This document shows, one piece after another, positions 27,379-37,630 of a stretch of DNA of 64,000 nt. Source of the stretch: Patescibacteria group bacterium (lineage in GTDB: Bacteria > Patescibacteriota > Patescibacteriia > JBDRGY01). Position 1 is the stretch's first letter. Each line of letters begins with the position of its first letter. The stretch covers positions 8,663 to 72,662 of the forward strand of contig JBDRGY010000013.1 of NCBI GenBank assembly GCA_043817315.1, in the 5' to 3' direction. Below the pieces are notes generated by a model. It searched no databases. It saw only the letters and a program-made list of their open reading frames with translations, and was not told where the DNA came from. Both the position numbers and the translations under genes were made by a program.

Positions 27379-28236
27379 TCAGATTTCAATATGATACTTC
27401 TTATAGTTATCGTTATCAACTATATTGACAAAGGGATTGATCAATACGCTGGTGACACCGGCTACCCTGCCCCGCCAGAGAATATCCAGATTTTTTGTCA
27501 GCAGAGTATCAAAATTATCAATGGTAACCAGGTTTATAGCCACCGGGTCGTCATAGCTATACAGAATGATTTGCACTCCCACCTCCCAGAAGCTATATAC
27601 GGTGTTGTTTTTTATGTTGGCTGTCACCCGGGAAACCCTCTCGTCAGAATCGGCAAGATAAACTGTGTCGTGTTGGGGATCTTCTACTACGAAGTCAATT
27701 CTGGGAACTTTGTCCGGATGGATAATACGACGATAAATTACATTATCGATTTCTACTGTGACCTCTTCATTCAAAAGACTGCCGGATCCGTAATTTTCGT
27801 GGCCGAAGTAGAATAGATACTTATTTTCACTATCGGCCAAATGGCTGGTTTGCCAGTCAGTTTGTGAACCACTAACGGTAAAGCGATATTGAAAGCTATC
27901 AATAATCCAACGGTCATTGGGATTTCTGATTTTAGCCATCAGATCATAGTTACCGGTCGGGGCCAGAAGAATTGTTTCTTCAGTTATCTGCAGGGGTCGG
28001 GGAGCCGTTCTCTGGTGGATGCCCGAATAGTCGATTATTTCATTACCCAAATTGGCCACCAGTCTGTTATAAAAAGGAATCATGGCAAAATAGGTAATTA
28101 TATTATACAAAAAGAAGCAGACTATTATTAGATCTACCAACATAAAGATTATCAACCCGATTCGTTTCACCAAATTGCGATGGGTCAAAAACCAGTAACC
28201 TGTTTCCAATTGGGCTTTATTGACTTGCTTGGGCAT
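27379..28236 (-). CDS. hypothetical membrane-anchored protein
   Basis: Single N-terminal TM helix and a large extracytoplasmic domain. Confidence 0.4.
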   Translation of the reverse strand: MPKQVNKAQLETGYWFLTHRNLVKRIGLIIFMLVDLIIVCFFLYNIITYFAMIPFYNRLVANLGNEIIDYSGIHQRTAPRPLQITEETILLAPTGNYDLMAKIRNPNDRWIIDSFQYRFTVSGSQTDWQTSHLADSENKYLFYFGHENYGSGSLLNEEVTVEIDNVIYRRIIHPDKVPRIDFVVEDPQHDTVYLADSDERVSRVTANIKNNTVYSFWEVGVQIILYSYDDPVAINLVTIDNFDTLLTKNLDILWRGRVAGVTSVLINPFVNIVDNDNYKKYHIEI

Positions 28237-28373
28237 ATATTAGGTTTACATGTCCTATTTTAGCACATATTGATTTTAGCTGGAAAGGCCGGGTTGGCTT
28301 GGGATCGATTACCCGATTGCCAAGGAGACAATAAGTGATATAATGAAAATACTCAACATTAATATATCTTTAT

Positions 28374-28664
28374 ATGGTTGAAACATCCAAAGACGTCTTA
28401 AACATTGTCATTGCTTCAGCGATTGGGCTGGTTACTCTTTTCGTCTGCTGGCTATTGTGGTACGTGATTCGGGTAATGCGTCAGGCTAATCACCTGGTTG
28501 ATAGTATAAAAGCCAAAGTTGAAGCCATTGATGGGATCCTTAAATCGATCCGCCAGAAACTAGACAATTCTGCATCTCACCTTTCTCTTTTGGCCAAAGG
28601 AATCACTCAAATAATGGGATATCTAAAAACCCGACAAGACAAGAAGTCCAAAAAGAGTAAATAG
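28374..28664 (+). CDS. hypothetical small membrane/coiled-coil protein
   Basis: N-terminal TM and a C-terminal basic tail. Confidence 0.3.
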   Translation: MVETSKDVLNIVIASAIGLVTLFVCWLLWYVIRVMRQANHLVDSIKAKVEAIDGILKSIRQKLDNSASHLSLLAKGITQIMGYLKTRQDKKSKKSK

Positions 28665-28715
28665 CATTTTCTCAAACTAAATTGAGGGGAAATCTTTACC
28701 TAATTTTTTCTTACC

Positions 28716-31700
28716 ATGGAATTTGTTCATCTACACACTCATAGCCACTATAGCCTCTTAGACGGCCTGGCCAAGATTCCGGACCTCCTGGATAAAGCCA
28801 AATCTTTGGATATGAAAGCCCTGGCCTTGACCGATCATGGAAATATGTACGGTAGTGTTGAATTTTTCCAAGAGTCCGAAGCCAGAGAGATCAAACCGAT
28901 TGTCGGTCAGGAGTTTTATCTGGCCCCTCAAGGACGATTCGAAAAGAACCCCCGAGGCCAGACCAGCCCTTATCATTTAATTCTGCTGGCCAAAAATAAA
29001 GTCGGGTATCAAAATTTAATAAAGCTAACTACCGCTGCCCATCTAGAGGGTTTTTATTATAAACCGCGGATTGATTTTGAATTATTGACCAAACACCACG
29101 ATGGATTGATCGCCCTGACTGCTTGTCTCCGAGGAGAAATTCCCAGCCTGATTCTCTCGGGAAAGATCGAGCGAGCCGAAGAATCTGCCTTACGTTATCA
29201 AGAGCTATTTGGCAAAGACAATTTCTATCTGGAATTGCAATACCATCCCGGTTTACCACAACAGGATTTGGTAAATGCCAATCTTATTGATATCTCTAAG
29301 AAACACCAGATTCCCCTGGTAGCCACCAACGATATTCACTACCTAAACCCAGAGGATGCAAATGCTCAAGACGTTTTGGTCTGTATTCAGACCAAAAGAA
29401 AGGTGGAAGAAGAAAACCGACTGACTATGGTGGGTGTTGATTACTCTCTCCTGGATCAAAAACAGATGCAAGAGGCAGCTAAAGATGTGCCCGAAGCCAT
29501 TGCCAATACCAACAAGATCGCTGAAATGGTGGATTATAGGATGGAATTTGGCCGCACTCTGCTACCCCACTTCGAGACTCCCAAGGGCAAAGACTACAAT
29601 CAATATATCGAGGAATTATGTTTTCTGGGCGCGGAGCGCCGCGGTATCGAGCTAAAAGGAGAAATGAAAAAGAAATTAGACTACGAACTGTCAATTATAA
29701 AAAAGACCGGTTTTGCTTCTTATTTCTTGATTGTCCAAGATTTTGTGAATTGGGCTAAATCAAACGGGATCGTAGTCGGTCCCGGTCGAGGATCAGCCGC
29801 CGGCAGCGTGGTCTCCTACCTGCTAAATATTACCAACATCGATCCCATCAAATACGAACTGATCTTTGAACGTTTTCTTAACCCAGAAAGAATATCCCTA
29901 CCTGATATAGATTTGGATTTTGCCGACAGAAGAAGGGATGAAGTTATCAGATACGTTGAGAGTAAATACGGCCACGATCATGTAGCCCAGATAATTACCT
30001 TTGGAACCATGGCAGCCCGTGCCGCCATCAGGGATGTAGGTCGAGTATTGGACATTGCCTATTCTTACTGCGACCGGGTAGCCAAGCTGATTCCCATGTT
30101 TATGAATCTGGAAACAGCCATCAAAACAGTTCCTGAATTGAAAGAAATTTACGAAGGTGATCCTGAAGGGAAGAAACTGCTAGATACCGCCAAGAAGATT
30201 GAGGGTTGCGCCCGCCATGCCAGCACTCACGCTTGTGGCGTGGTCATTACCAAAGATCCGCTAGACGAATACGTGCCAGTCCAATTCGCCACCACCCAAG
30301 GGGAAAAAATCAAGGTAACCCAATATTCACTTCATCCCATCGAAGATCTGGGTATTTTGAAAATGGATTTCCTGGGCTTGAAGAATTTGACCATTATCGA
30401 AGACACCATCAACATCGTCAAAAAAACAAGAGATGTTGACATACATGTTGAAGAGATTCCCCTTGATGACCGCAAGACTTTTAATTTACTAAAAAAGGCT
30501 CAGACTACCGGCGTCTTCCAATTAGAGTCTTCGGGAATGAGGCGCTACCTCCGAGAATTAAAGCCGACTGAGATAGAAGATATAATCGCCATGGTAGCCC
30601 TATATCGGCCCGGCCCCATGGAATGGATCAAAGACTACATCGCCGGCAAACACGGACTGCAAGAGACTGTCTACCTCCACCCCACCCTGAAACCCATTTT
30701 GGAAAAAACTTACGGAGTGGCCATTTATCAAGAACAGGTGCTGCAGATCGCCCGAGATCTGGCTGGCTTCACCTTAGGCGAAGCTGATGTCTTACGCAAA
30801 GCAGTTGGCAAGAAGATCGCCAAATTGCTGCGAGAGCAAAAACAGAAGTTCATCCAAGGCTGTATTAAAAACGGAGTCAGTAAATCCGTAGCTGAAAAAG
30901 TATTTAATTTTATTGAGCCCTTTGCCGGCTACGGGTTCAACCGGGCTCACGCTGCCTGTTATGCCCGTATTGCTTATGAAACAGCTTATCTCAAAGCCAA
31001 TTTCCCGGCTGAATTTATGGCTTCTCTGATGACAGCTGATTATCATGATACCGACCGTATCGCCCTGGAAGTGGATGAATGTCAGCAAATGGGTATTGAA
31101 GTTATGCCTCCGGATATCAATGAAAGTTTCTCCACTTTTACCGTGGTCAAAGCCAGTCTGGCTCAAGATCAGAAGACCAGAATACGCTTTGGCCTTAAGG
31201 CCATCAAGAACCTGGGTTTCAATATTGTTCAATCCATTATCGATGAAAGAAAAGCCAAAGGTCATTTCAAGAATATCGAAGACTTTCTTAGCCGGGTGCA
31301 GACCAAGGACCTTAATAAGAAATCATTAGAGAGTTTGATAAAATCAGGAGCCTTAGAGGTGTTTGGGGAACGCAATCTATTGCTTTCCAATATCGATAAA
31401 CTGCTCACTTTTTCCAAGGCCGCTGACAAGGAAAGCAAAAATGGACAAACCAACATATTTAAAATCTTGCCGACTACAGCAGCACCTAAACTAAGATTGG
31501 AAAAAGCAGAGCCCGCTCCCAAGAAACAAAGACTTCTCTGGGAAAAAGAATTTGTCGGCCTCTACATCTCGGAACACCCCTTAGCTGAATACGCTGAATA
31601 TCTCAACAAGACAGCTACCCCCTTAAACAGTATCGAGGGAACCTATATCAACCGACGAGTAAAAGTGGGCGGGATTATCACCCAGATAAAAAAGATAATT

Positions 31701-32153
31701 ACCCGATCCTCCGAACCCATGCTCTTTGTCAGGATTGAAGACACCTCGGGTCGTATCGAAGTTTTGGTTTTTCCCAGCATTTTGAAAAATAATCCCACTA
31801 TTTGGCAAGAAGATAAAGTGGTATTGATCAACGGCAAACTTTCGGATAAAGACGGTGAACTAAAAATCCTCTGTGAGACAGTTAAACCTGTTGATTTGGA
31901 TAAATTAAAAGATTTTGAGTCAGTGGTTCAGGTAACTGTCCCCTCCTCTACACCAAAAACTATTTTCGACCGGCTTAAAAATATATTTCAAAATCACCCC
32001 GGGCAATACCCTGCTAATTTGAAGATATTTAATGCGGGCAGCAGCCGGATAATCCGTACTAATTTCACTGTAGATTTTAACGACAACATTAAAAAAGATA
32101 TCGAAAACTTAGTCGGCCCCAACACCATTGATTTAATAGACAAACCACTCTAA
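28716..32153 (+). CDS. dnaE: DNA polymerase III alpha subunit
   Basis: PHP domain start MEFVHLHTHSHYSLLDG, polymerase core motifs, and a C-terminal OB fold, over 1145 aa. Confidence 0.9.
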   Translation: MEFVHLHTHSHYSLLDGLAKIPDLLDKAKSLDMKALALTDHGNMYGSVEFFQESEAREIKPIVGQEFYLAPQGRFEKNPRGQTSPYHLILLAKNKVGYQNLIKLTTAAHLEGFYYKPRIDFELLTKHHDGLIALTACLRGEIPSLILSGKIERAEESALRYQELFGKDNFYLELQYHPGLPQQDLVNANLIDISKKHQIPLVATNDIHYLNPEDANAQDVLVCIQTKRKVEEENRLTMVGVDYSLLDQKQMQEAAKDVPEAIANTNKIAEMVDYRMEFGRTLLPHFETPKGKDYNQYIEELCFLGAERRGIELKGEMKKKLDYELSIIKKTGFASYFLIVQDFVNWAKSNGIVVGPGRGSAAGSVVSYLLNITNIDPIKYELIFERFLNPERISLPDIDLDFADRRRDEVIRYVESKYGHDHVAQIITFGTMAARAAIRDVGRVLDIAYSYCDRVAKLIPMFMNLETAIKTVPELKEIYEGDPEGKKLLDTAKKIEGCARHASTHACGVVITKDPLDEYVPVQFATTQGEKIKVTQYSLHPIEDLGILKMDFLGLKNLTIIEDTINIVKKTRDVDIHVEEIPLDDRKTFNLLKKAQTTGVFQLESSGMRRYLRELKPTEIEDIIAMVALYRPGPMEWIKDYIAGKHGLQETVYLHPTLKPILEKTYGVAIYQEQVLQIARDLAGFTLGEADVLRKAVGKKIAKLLREQKQKFIQGCIKNGVSKSVAEKVFNFIEPFAGYGFNRAHAACYARIAYETAYLKANFPAEFMASLMTADYHDTDRIALEVDECQQMGIEVMPPDINESFSTFTVVKASLAQDQKTRIRFGLKAIKNLGFNIVQSIIDERKAKGHFKNIEDFLSRVQTKDLNKKSLESLIKSGALEVFGERNLLLSNIDKLLTFSKAADKESKNGQTNIFKILPTTAAPKLRLEKAEPAPKKQRLLWEKEFVGLYISEHPLAEYAEYLNKTATPLNSIEGTYINRRVKVGGIITQIKKIITRSSEPMLFVRIEDTSGRIEVLVFPSILKNNPTIWQEDKVVLINGKLSDKDGELKILCETVKPVDLDKLKDFESVVQVTVPSSTPKTIFDRLKNIFQNHPGQYPANLKIFNAGSSRIIRTNFTVDFNDNIKKDIENLVGPNTIDLIDKPL

Positions 32154-32186
32154 TCCTGGTATGCTAGTAAAGTAACATTTAGCCTT

Positions 32187-33344
32187 ATGGCTCGCAAAAT
32201 TGCCAAAGCTAAAACTGAATCCTCATACCAAAAGATTGTAATTGGCTTTATTATAGTCACTATTGTTGTTGTGGTTCTGATCGTTTATTTCTCTTTTTCC
32301 AAAACGGTGATCTCTATCACTCCCAATGACGAAACTATCAGTACTGATTTTGTAGCTTCCCTTAAAGAAACGGACGATCTGGAGGAATTGGAAAAGCCCA
32401 ATGTTCTTTTGGGTTCTTTTCTGCAAGCTGAGGTGGAGGGAGATCTAATCTATGACAACATTGAAGTCAGTTCCGAGATAGAAGATTTTGCCACCGGGGT
32501 AATTACCGTGATCAATAATCACTCCAGTGCTCAACCACTACAGGAAACAACGCGATTTTTAACTGAAGATGGAGTTTTGTTCCGCACCACTGAATTCGTC
32601 AACGTACCAGCCGGAGGAACTGTTGATGTCAACGTTAAAGCGGACCAGATAGGACCGACCGGAAATATCGGAGCATCCAAATTTACTATCCCCGGACTGT
32701 GGCCCGGATTACAAGACGACATCTTTGGGGAATCCAAGGAAGCGATGACCGGAGGTATCAAAAAGGCAAAAGCGGTAACCGAAGCCAATCTCACTGAAGC
32801 CAGACAACAACTGGAAAACGAACTGCTCTCCCAAGCTATGGCTAGTTTGCAAACTCAGGTCAAACAAACCGAAGCCATTTCTTCTTCCAGCACCTACACT
32901 GAAAAATTAGTTGACACTGTCACTGCCGAAGCCGGTGAAGAAGTTAATGACTTTACCGTTTCTATGAAGCTAAGGGTAACTGCCCTGGCTTTCAACCAAG
33001 ATTCTTTACTGACCCTGGCTCTGGATAATTTAAAAAAGAAAATTCCTTCCGATAAGGGTCTATACGATTACGGTATTGCCAATATGCAGTATTCGGTAGA
33101 TTCCCTGGATTTCGACGGTAAAACAGCTACCTTAAAAGTTCATTTCTCAGGATCAGTCCAAATTCGACTATCATCTTCTATTTTTGACCGCTCTAATATA
33201 GTTAACCGGGACAAGCAGGAAATTCAGGCTTACTTCGCCAATTTCGACGAGATAGCCACTGTCAAAATCCGTTTCTCCCCTTTCTGGGTGTTTCGGGCCC
33301 CGGCCTTAGAAGATCATATTGAAATACGTTTGCTGGAAGAATAA
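32187..33344 (+). CDS. hypothetical membrane-anchored protein
   Basis: N-terminal TM (VIGFIIVTIVVVVLIVYF) and a large extracytoplasmic domain. Confidence 0.45.
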   Translation: MARKIAKAKTESSYQKIVIGFIIVTIVVVVLIVYFSFSKTVISITPNDETISTDFVASLKETDDLEELEKPNVLLGSFLQAEVEGDLIYDNIEVSSEIEDFATGVITVINNHSSAQPLQETTRFLTEDGVLFRTTEFVNVPAGGTVDVNVKADQIGPTGNIGASKFTIPGLWPGLQDDIFGESKEAMTGGIKKAKAVTEANLTEARQQLENELLSQAMASLQTQVKQTEAISSSSTYTEKLVDTVTAEAGEEVNDFTVSMKLRVTALAFNQDSLLTLALDNLKKKIPSDKGLYDYGIANMQYSVDSLDFDGKTATLKVHFSGSVQIRLSSSIFDRSNIVNRDKQEIQAYFANFDEIATVKIRFSPFWVFRAPALEDHIEIRLLEE

Positions 33345-33346
33345 CC

Positions 33347-35092
33347 ATGCCAAAAGTTGATGCCAATCTGGATAAATTACGCCATACTACGGCCCATGTA
33401 ACGGCTGCGGCGGTTTTGGAATTGTTTCCCAATGCCAAGTTTGGCATCGGGCCAGTGATCAAAGATGGCTTTTACTATGATTTTGAACTGCCCAGAAGTT
33501 TAAACCCTCAAGACTTGCCTAAGGTTGAAGCAAAGATGAAAGAGATTATCAAGAGAAACCTGCCTCTGGAAAAAGTTGAAGTCAAGCCGGATCAGGCCGT
33601 CAAGATCAATCAAGAAGCTAAGCAGGTTTACAAACTGGAATTGATTGATGAGTTAATCCAGGCCAAAGAGCAGATAACAGTTTATAAATGCGGCCGCTTC
33701 AATGATTTGTGCCGCGGTCCTCACTTAACCAAAACAGGTCTTATAAAACCGGAAACCTTTAAGCTGCTGGGGATTGCTGGAGCTTACTGGAAAGGTGACG
33801 AAAAAAGACCGATGCTGCAGAGAATTTATGGTACGGTTTGGCAAAACAAAGCTGATCTCGACATATACTTAAAAAGAATCCAGGAAGCAGAAAGCCGCAA
33901 CCACCGCATCCTGGGTAAACAGTTGGATTTATACTCCATCCAGGAAAAAGCCGGAGCCGGCTTGGTCTTTTGGCATCCTAATGGAGCCCTAATTCGCCAC
34001 CAGATAGAAACCTTCTGGAAAGATGAACATTTCAAACAAGGCTATCAATTACTTTATACTCCTCATATTGCCAAGCTAGATATCTGGAAGAAATCCGGCC
34101 ACTGGGAGAAATTCCGGGAAAACATGTTCTCCCCGATGCAGATAGATAATATCCCCTACGAAATTAAACCGATGAACTGCCCCTTCCACATTATGATCTA
34201 CCAAACCAAGAAATGGAGTTATAAGGAACTGCCCTTGCGCTGGGGCGAACTGGGCACTGTCTATCGCTATGAACCGTCCGGCACCTTGCACGGGCTGACC
34301 AGAGTCAGGGGCTTTACCCAAGACGATGCTCACATCTTTTGTACTGAAGAACAGTTTGCCAAAGAAGTAGAGGAAACCGTCAAACTGGCTAATTACATGA
34401 TGAAGGTTTTTGGCTTGAAGCCCAAACATTATTTAGCTACCCGCCCTGAGAAATTCCTGGGCAAAAAAGAAACCTGGGATTTTGCCGAAGGCATACTAGA
34501 AAAAGTATTAAAGAAATTAAAACTGGAATATGAAGTAGATAAAGGTGGCGGAGTTTTTTACGGTCCTAAGATTGATGTTAAAGTCACTGATGCCCTGATG
34601 CGGGAATGGCAGGGACCGACTATTCAATTAGATTTCAATTTACCAGAAAGATTTAATGTTACTTATGTAGACAAAGGCGGCCAGAATAAAAAAGTAATCA
34701 TGATCCACCGTACAGTCTTAGGTTCAATGGAAAGATTTTTAGGCAGTCTGATCGAACACTACGGCGGCAACTTTCCGGCCTGGCTGGCTCCGGTTCAGGT
34801 ACAAATCATGCCGGTCGGTTCCAAGCATATCAAACCATCCCAAAAGTTGGGTGAAGAACTAAAAAAAGAAGGATTTAGAGTTTATGTTGATGATCTCAAT
34901 GAAACAGTGGGCTATAAAATCAGAAAAGCCATCCAGCAGAAAGTGCCTTACATGCTGGTAATCGGTGATAAAGAAGTTAAACAGACCAAACTGGCAGTTC
35001 GGGAAAGAGGCAAGAAAGTTGTTAAGAATATTGCCAAGAAAACTTTCATCAAGCAACTTCACGAAGAGATAGCCAAAAAGAAAATCAAATAG
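33347..35092 (+). CDS. thrS: threonyl-tRNA synthetase (short form lacking N-terminal TGS domain)
   Basis: Class II motifs, Zn-binding CGRFNDLCRGPH, and a C-terminal anticodon-binding domain. Confidence 0.9.
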   Translation: MPKVDANLDKLRHTTAHVTAAAVLELFPNAKFGIGPVIKDGFYYDFELPRSLNPQDLPKVEAKMKEIIKRNLPLEKVEVKPDQAVKINQEAKQVYKLELIDELIQAKEQITVYKCGRFNDLCRGPHLTKTGLIKPETFKLLGIAGAYWKGDEKRPMLQRIYGTVWQNKADLDIYLKRIQEAESRNHRILGKQLDLYSIQEKAGAGLVFWHPNGALIRHQIETFWKDEHFKQGYQLLYTPHIAKLDIWKKSGHWEKFRENMFSPMQIDNIPYEIKPMNCPFHIMIYQTKKWSYKELPLRWGELGTVYRYEPSGTLHGLTRVRGFTQDDAHIFCTEEQFAKEVEETVKLANYMMKVFGLKPKHYLATRPEKFLGKKETWDFAEGILEKVLKKLKLEYEVDKGGGVFYGPKIDVKVTDALMREWQGPTIQLDFNLPERFNVTYVDKGGQNKKVIMIHRTVLGSMERFLGSLIEHYGGNFPAWLAPVQVQIMPVGSKHIKPSQKLGEELKKEGFRVYVDDLNETVGYKIRKAIQQKVPYMLVIGDKEVKQTKLAVRERGKKVVKNIAKKTFIKQLHEEIAKKKIK

Positions 35093-35227
35093 TCTTTTGA
35101 TACTAAGCTCTTTAACCAAGGAAGGTCATATGGCTAAGCCCAGGACTGGCCTGATCCAGTGGTAATCCACAAGATCGGTGCCCCTATTCTTTGTGCTTTT
35201 CTGTTGCTGATGCAGCTGATTAGCTTT

Positions 35228-35300
35228 CTTAAGAGCACCTCTCCCACACCATAATCTGAGTGTGGGATTTTTTTATCCTGCCTCCCACATGGTGCAGGAT
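35228..35300 (+). terminator. two tandem intrinsic terminators after thrS
   Basis: cccacaccataatctgagtgtggg+T8 and cctgcctcccacatggtgcagg+T5. Confidence 0.5.
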
Positions 35301-35370
35301 TTTTGACAAAATTATTTCATTTTGTTAAGTTTATTGACCGAACTAATCGCTCTATACACGGGGGGCTATT

Positions 35371-35601
35371 ATGCTCAAACTGTTTGGGGTCCTGGGTCTT
35401 TGCATGGTCTTCAGCCTCGGCTTTTGTACCTTCATGGTCTGTCTGATGCCTCCTTTTTCCCATCCTGATCACATCCACAAAATGCCCTATGATTACCGAC
35501 GATGGATAAGGAAAACCAAGGGCAGGCGAATCGCCGTCGCCATGTTGGGACTAGTCGTTTGCCTAATCGGCTTTTTCTCCTTGATGCATGTTCTCCACTA
35601 A
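35371..35601 (+). CDS. small hydrophobic protein (76 aa)
   Basis: TTGACC-N17-TATACA promoter at about 35336-35364, a GGGGGG SD, and two TM helices. Confidence 0.35.
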   Translation: MLKLFGVLGLCMVFSLGFCTFMVCLMPPFSHPDHIHKMPYDYRRWIRKTKGRRIAVAMLGLVVCLIGFFSLMHVLH

Positions 35602-35617
35602 CCAAAGGAGAAACGCT

Positions 35618-35806
35618 ATGGGCACAAACGCCTGGGCAGTAAGAGTACGACAGCGGTTTTCCCGCTTCAGCTCAGTGCCAATGAGCAGATTACTTGAGCG
35701 TGCGGTTGTAATCGTTCTTCTGCTCTGCGTCACCCTGATTCTGACAACCTGGTTGCTGGAGTCTATTGCCGGCAAGTCTGTTCATTTCTTCTACATCTTG
35801 ATGTAG
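35618..35806 (+). CDS. small membrane protein (62 aa)
   Basis: AAAGGAG lies 7 nt upstream of the ATG. One TM helix. Followed by terminator gagcagg..cctgctc+T6. Confidence 0.35.
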   Translation: MGTNAWAVRVRQRFSRFSSVPMSRLLERAVVIVLLLCVTLILTTWLLESIAGKSVHFFYILM

Positions 35807-35859
35807 CTCCTGGAGCAGGTATCTATTCCTGCTCTTTTTTATTGGGGAAAAGCTTTATA

Positions 35860-35888
35860 TTGACATAGTTGCTACATAAGTATAAAGT
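35860..35888 (+). promoter_or_regulatory. promoter of unit 1: TTGACA-N17-TAAAGT
   Basis: ttgacatagttgctacataagtataaagt. The same architecture recurs five times in 2.2 kb. Confidence 0.5.
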
Positions 35889-35891
35889 CTA

Positions 35892-36176
35892 CTTGGCTAC
35901 ATATCGGAGGAAAACCAGTATTGGGCTGATCTGTTGTGGGTTTAGACTCGCTATCTGGGACTGACATCCCCGGATGAATGTGCGCACTGGCGAGGGGCGC
36001 TGGACCCACAATGGACTTCATCAAGGGGCTGGCCCCTTCTCCCGATATGGCGGTCTGGGTGCGATCCAGACCAGCCTTTCAAAGCCGAAAGGCCACCTCA
36101 AAAGAGGTGTATTCCTACAGCGCCTGATGTCTCCTTCGCCCCGTGATCCTGTGAGGTCATTGGGGCGATTTTTTAT
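35892..36176 (+). ncRNA. candidate structured RNA, unit 1 (about 285 nt, GC-rich, ends in intrinsic terminator)
   Basis: From the predicted TSS to terminator cgcccc..ggggcg+T7. Shares GGGGCGCTGG..TGGACCCAC blocks with unit 2. No credible ORF. Confidence 0.35.
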
Positions 36177-36205
36177 TTGACAACCAATAGAAGATAATAT
36201 AAAGT
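36177..36205 (+). promoter_or_regulatory. promoter of unit 2: TTGACA-N17-TAAAGT
   Basis: ttgacaaccaatagaagataatataaagt. Confidence 0.5.
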
Positions 36206-36211
36206 CAGACC

Positions 36212-36460
36212 TGCATCCCTCGTTAAACCAGTACTGTGTGAGGGAAATCGGGTTTATTAATACCGGCTGGTCCAGAGCGACACTCTGGGAATAACGCACC
36301 AGCCAGGAACGACGCTGGGCCCGATAGACAACTCCGCAGGGGCGCTGGCCTCTAGCCTGGGATTGTGTGGACCCACGAGGTCCATATCGTTACCCGAAAG
36401 GGATTTTGCGTTACAGCGTCGGCTGTCATTGGCTCTGCTTCGGTAGAGCCAATTTTTTAT
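36212..36460 (+). ncRNA. candidate structured RNA, unit 2 (about 250 nt), paralog of unit 1
   Basis: Contains cgcaggggcgctgg...tgtggacccacga. Ends with ggctctgcttcggtagagcc+T6. Confidence 0.35.
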
Positions 36461-36475
36461 TGGGGAAAACTCCCC

Positions 36476-36504
36476 TTGACAGCCAAAAGCCCAAGGAGTA
36501 AATT
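36476..36504 (+). promoter_or_regulatory. promoter of unit 3: TTGACA-N17-TAAATT
   Basis: ttgacagccaaaagcccaaggagtaaatt. Confidence 0.45.
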
Positions 36505-36510
36505 CATAAC

Positions 36511-36812
36511 TGGTTGTTGTTGTCGTTTGGCAAGTCAGCAAGTAAGTTAGGCGAAAGCCCATGGCTTTCCAGGCCCTCTCGTTTTTATGAGATGGCCAAG
36601 TCCCACGCCCTAGTTGACAGCTAGGCCAAGATCATGACCAGATGGGGCGCTGATACCGGGCCAGACGCGGTCGCCTAAAAGAAACCTGATAAGCCTTACG
36701 GCAGCAGCCGTGGTCGACTATTCGGCCACACGAGACGCGCTAGGATGACGCACCAGGTATCAGTGTCATTCGCCCCTACTGGCTAGCCAGATGGTGTAGG
36801 GGCGATTTTTTT
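36511..36812 (+). ncRNA. candidate structured RNA, unit 3 (about 300 nt)
   Basis: Contains the shared motif gatggggcgctgatacc. Ends with cgcccctac...gtaggggcg+T7. Confidence 0.3.
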
Positions 36813-36822
36813 ACTCCAGGGG

Positions 36823-36851
36823 TTGACAAATCAATAATCTTGTGATAATCT
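36823..36851 (+). promoter_or_regulatory. promoter of unit 4: TTGACA-N17-TAATCT
   Basis: ttgacaaatcaataatcttgtgataatct. It drives the secreted-protein gene. Confidence 0.45.
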
Positions 36852-36921
36852 ATCCTGTCTTCAGGGACAATATTGAAGACGGGTTTTTAAGTACCTTAAC
36901 AGGGGAATCATCCCCAAAACC

Positions 36922-37533
36922 ATGGAGGAGCGTATGCTAAAGTTACGTTCTTTGGTTGTGGTCATTGTTACCTTGGCGGCCCTCCTGCCGCTCTCAGCCC
37001 TGGCGGTGGACTCTGCTCAGTTCCAGACCTGCGCCATTGTACTGGTTCCGGTACAGGGCAACTTCAATGCCTGTGCTATCGGTCAGCTGGTCAATGTACC
37101 CAGTGAAGGTCTGGAGAATTGGTATTACTACGCTGGTCCCGCCTGGATGTCTGATGGCGGAGCCTTGCTGGTGATGCCGCTGGTCGGTCAGATCACCAAT
37201 CGGGGACTGGAAGGTCAGGACGCCACCATCGCCTCACTGTGGAGCATCTGGCAACCCACCGAGAAATTCAAGCTGTTCGTCCAAGGTGACATGTACACCT
37301 ATGGCGACGAAACAGAATATCTCGGCTGGTTGACTACCGACTACTTTCTGACCCCGGATGTTACCTGCGGATTCCACGTCGAGAGGAATGTCGGTGATCT
37401 CTACACCGACACTACCATCGGACCCCACGTTGGAATCACTAAGGGTCCCTGCCGCCTGGAGTTACAGTGGCACGGCTCTATCGAGGGCAAGACCCACGCC
37501 CTCCGCTTGTACACCGAATTCCTGTTCTTCTAG
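36922..37533 (+). CDS. secreted hypothetical protein with C-terminal aromatic residue (possible beta-barrel or phage-derived; GC-rich)
   Basis: Signal peptide MLKLRSLVVVIVTLAALLPLSALA. The likely true start is the ATG at 36934, preceded by GGAGGAG. The protein ends ...RLYTEFLFF and is followed by a terminator ggggag+T7. Confidence 0.45.
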   Translation: MEERMLKLRSLVVVIVTLAALLPLSALAVDSAQFQTCAIVLVPVQGNFNACAIGQLVNVPSEGLENWYYYAGPAWMSDGGALLVMPLVGQITNRGLEGQDATIASLWSIWQPTEKFKLFVQGDMYTYGDETEYLGWLTTDYFLTPDVTCGFHVERNVGDLYTDTTIGPHVGITKGPCRLELQWHGSIEGKTHALRLYTEFLFF

Positions 37534-37595
37534 ACAGGAACACTCCCCAAAGCCATCACGGCCTAGGGGAGTTTTTTTGATTGTGGATATCTGGC

Positions 37596-37624
37596 TTGAC
37601 AGTCAAACCTACCTGTTATAAAGT
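37596..37624 (+). promoter_or_regulatory. promoter of unit 5: TTGACA-N17-TAAAGT
   Basis: ttgacagtcaaacctacctgttataaagt. Confidence 0.5.
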
Positions 37625-37630
37625 CATAAT

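Noticed and set aside
35974-36562. ORF-track ORFs inside the GC-rich units (35974-36180 +, 36021-36299 -, 36257-36562 -, 36365-36550 +)
   Set aside because: They have no Shine-Dalgarno, they overlap each other on both strands, and they run through terminator hairpins. Long random ORFs are expected in 55-60 percent GC DNA within an AT-rich genome.
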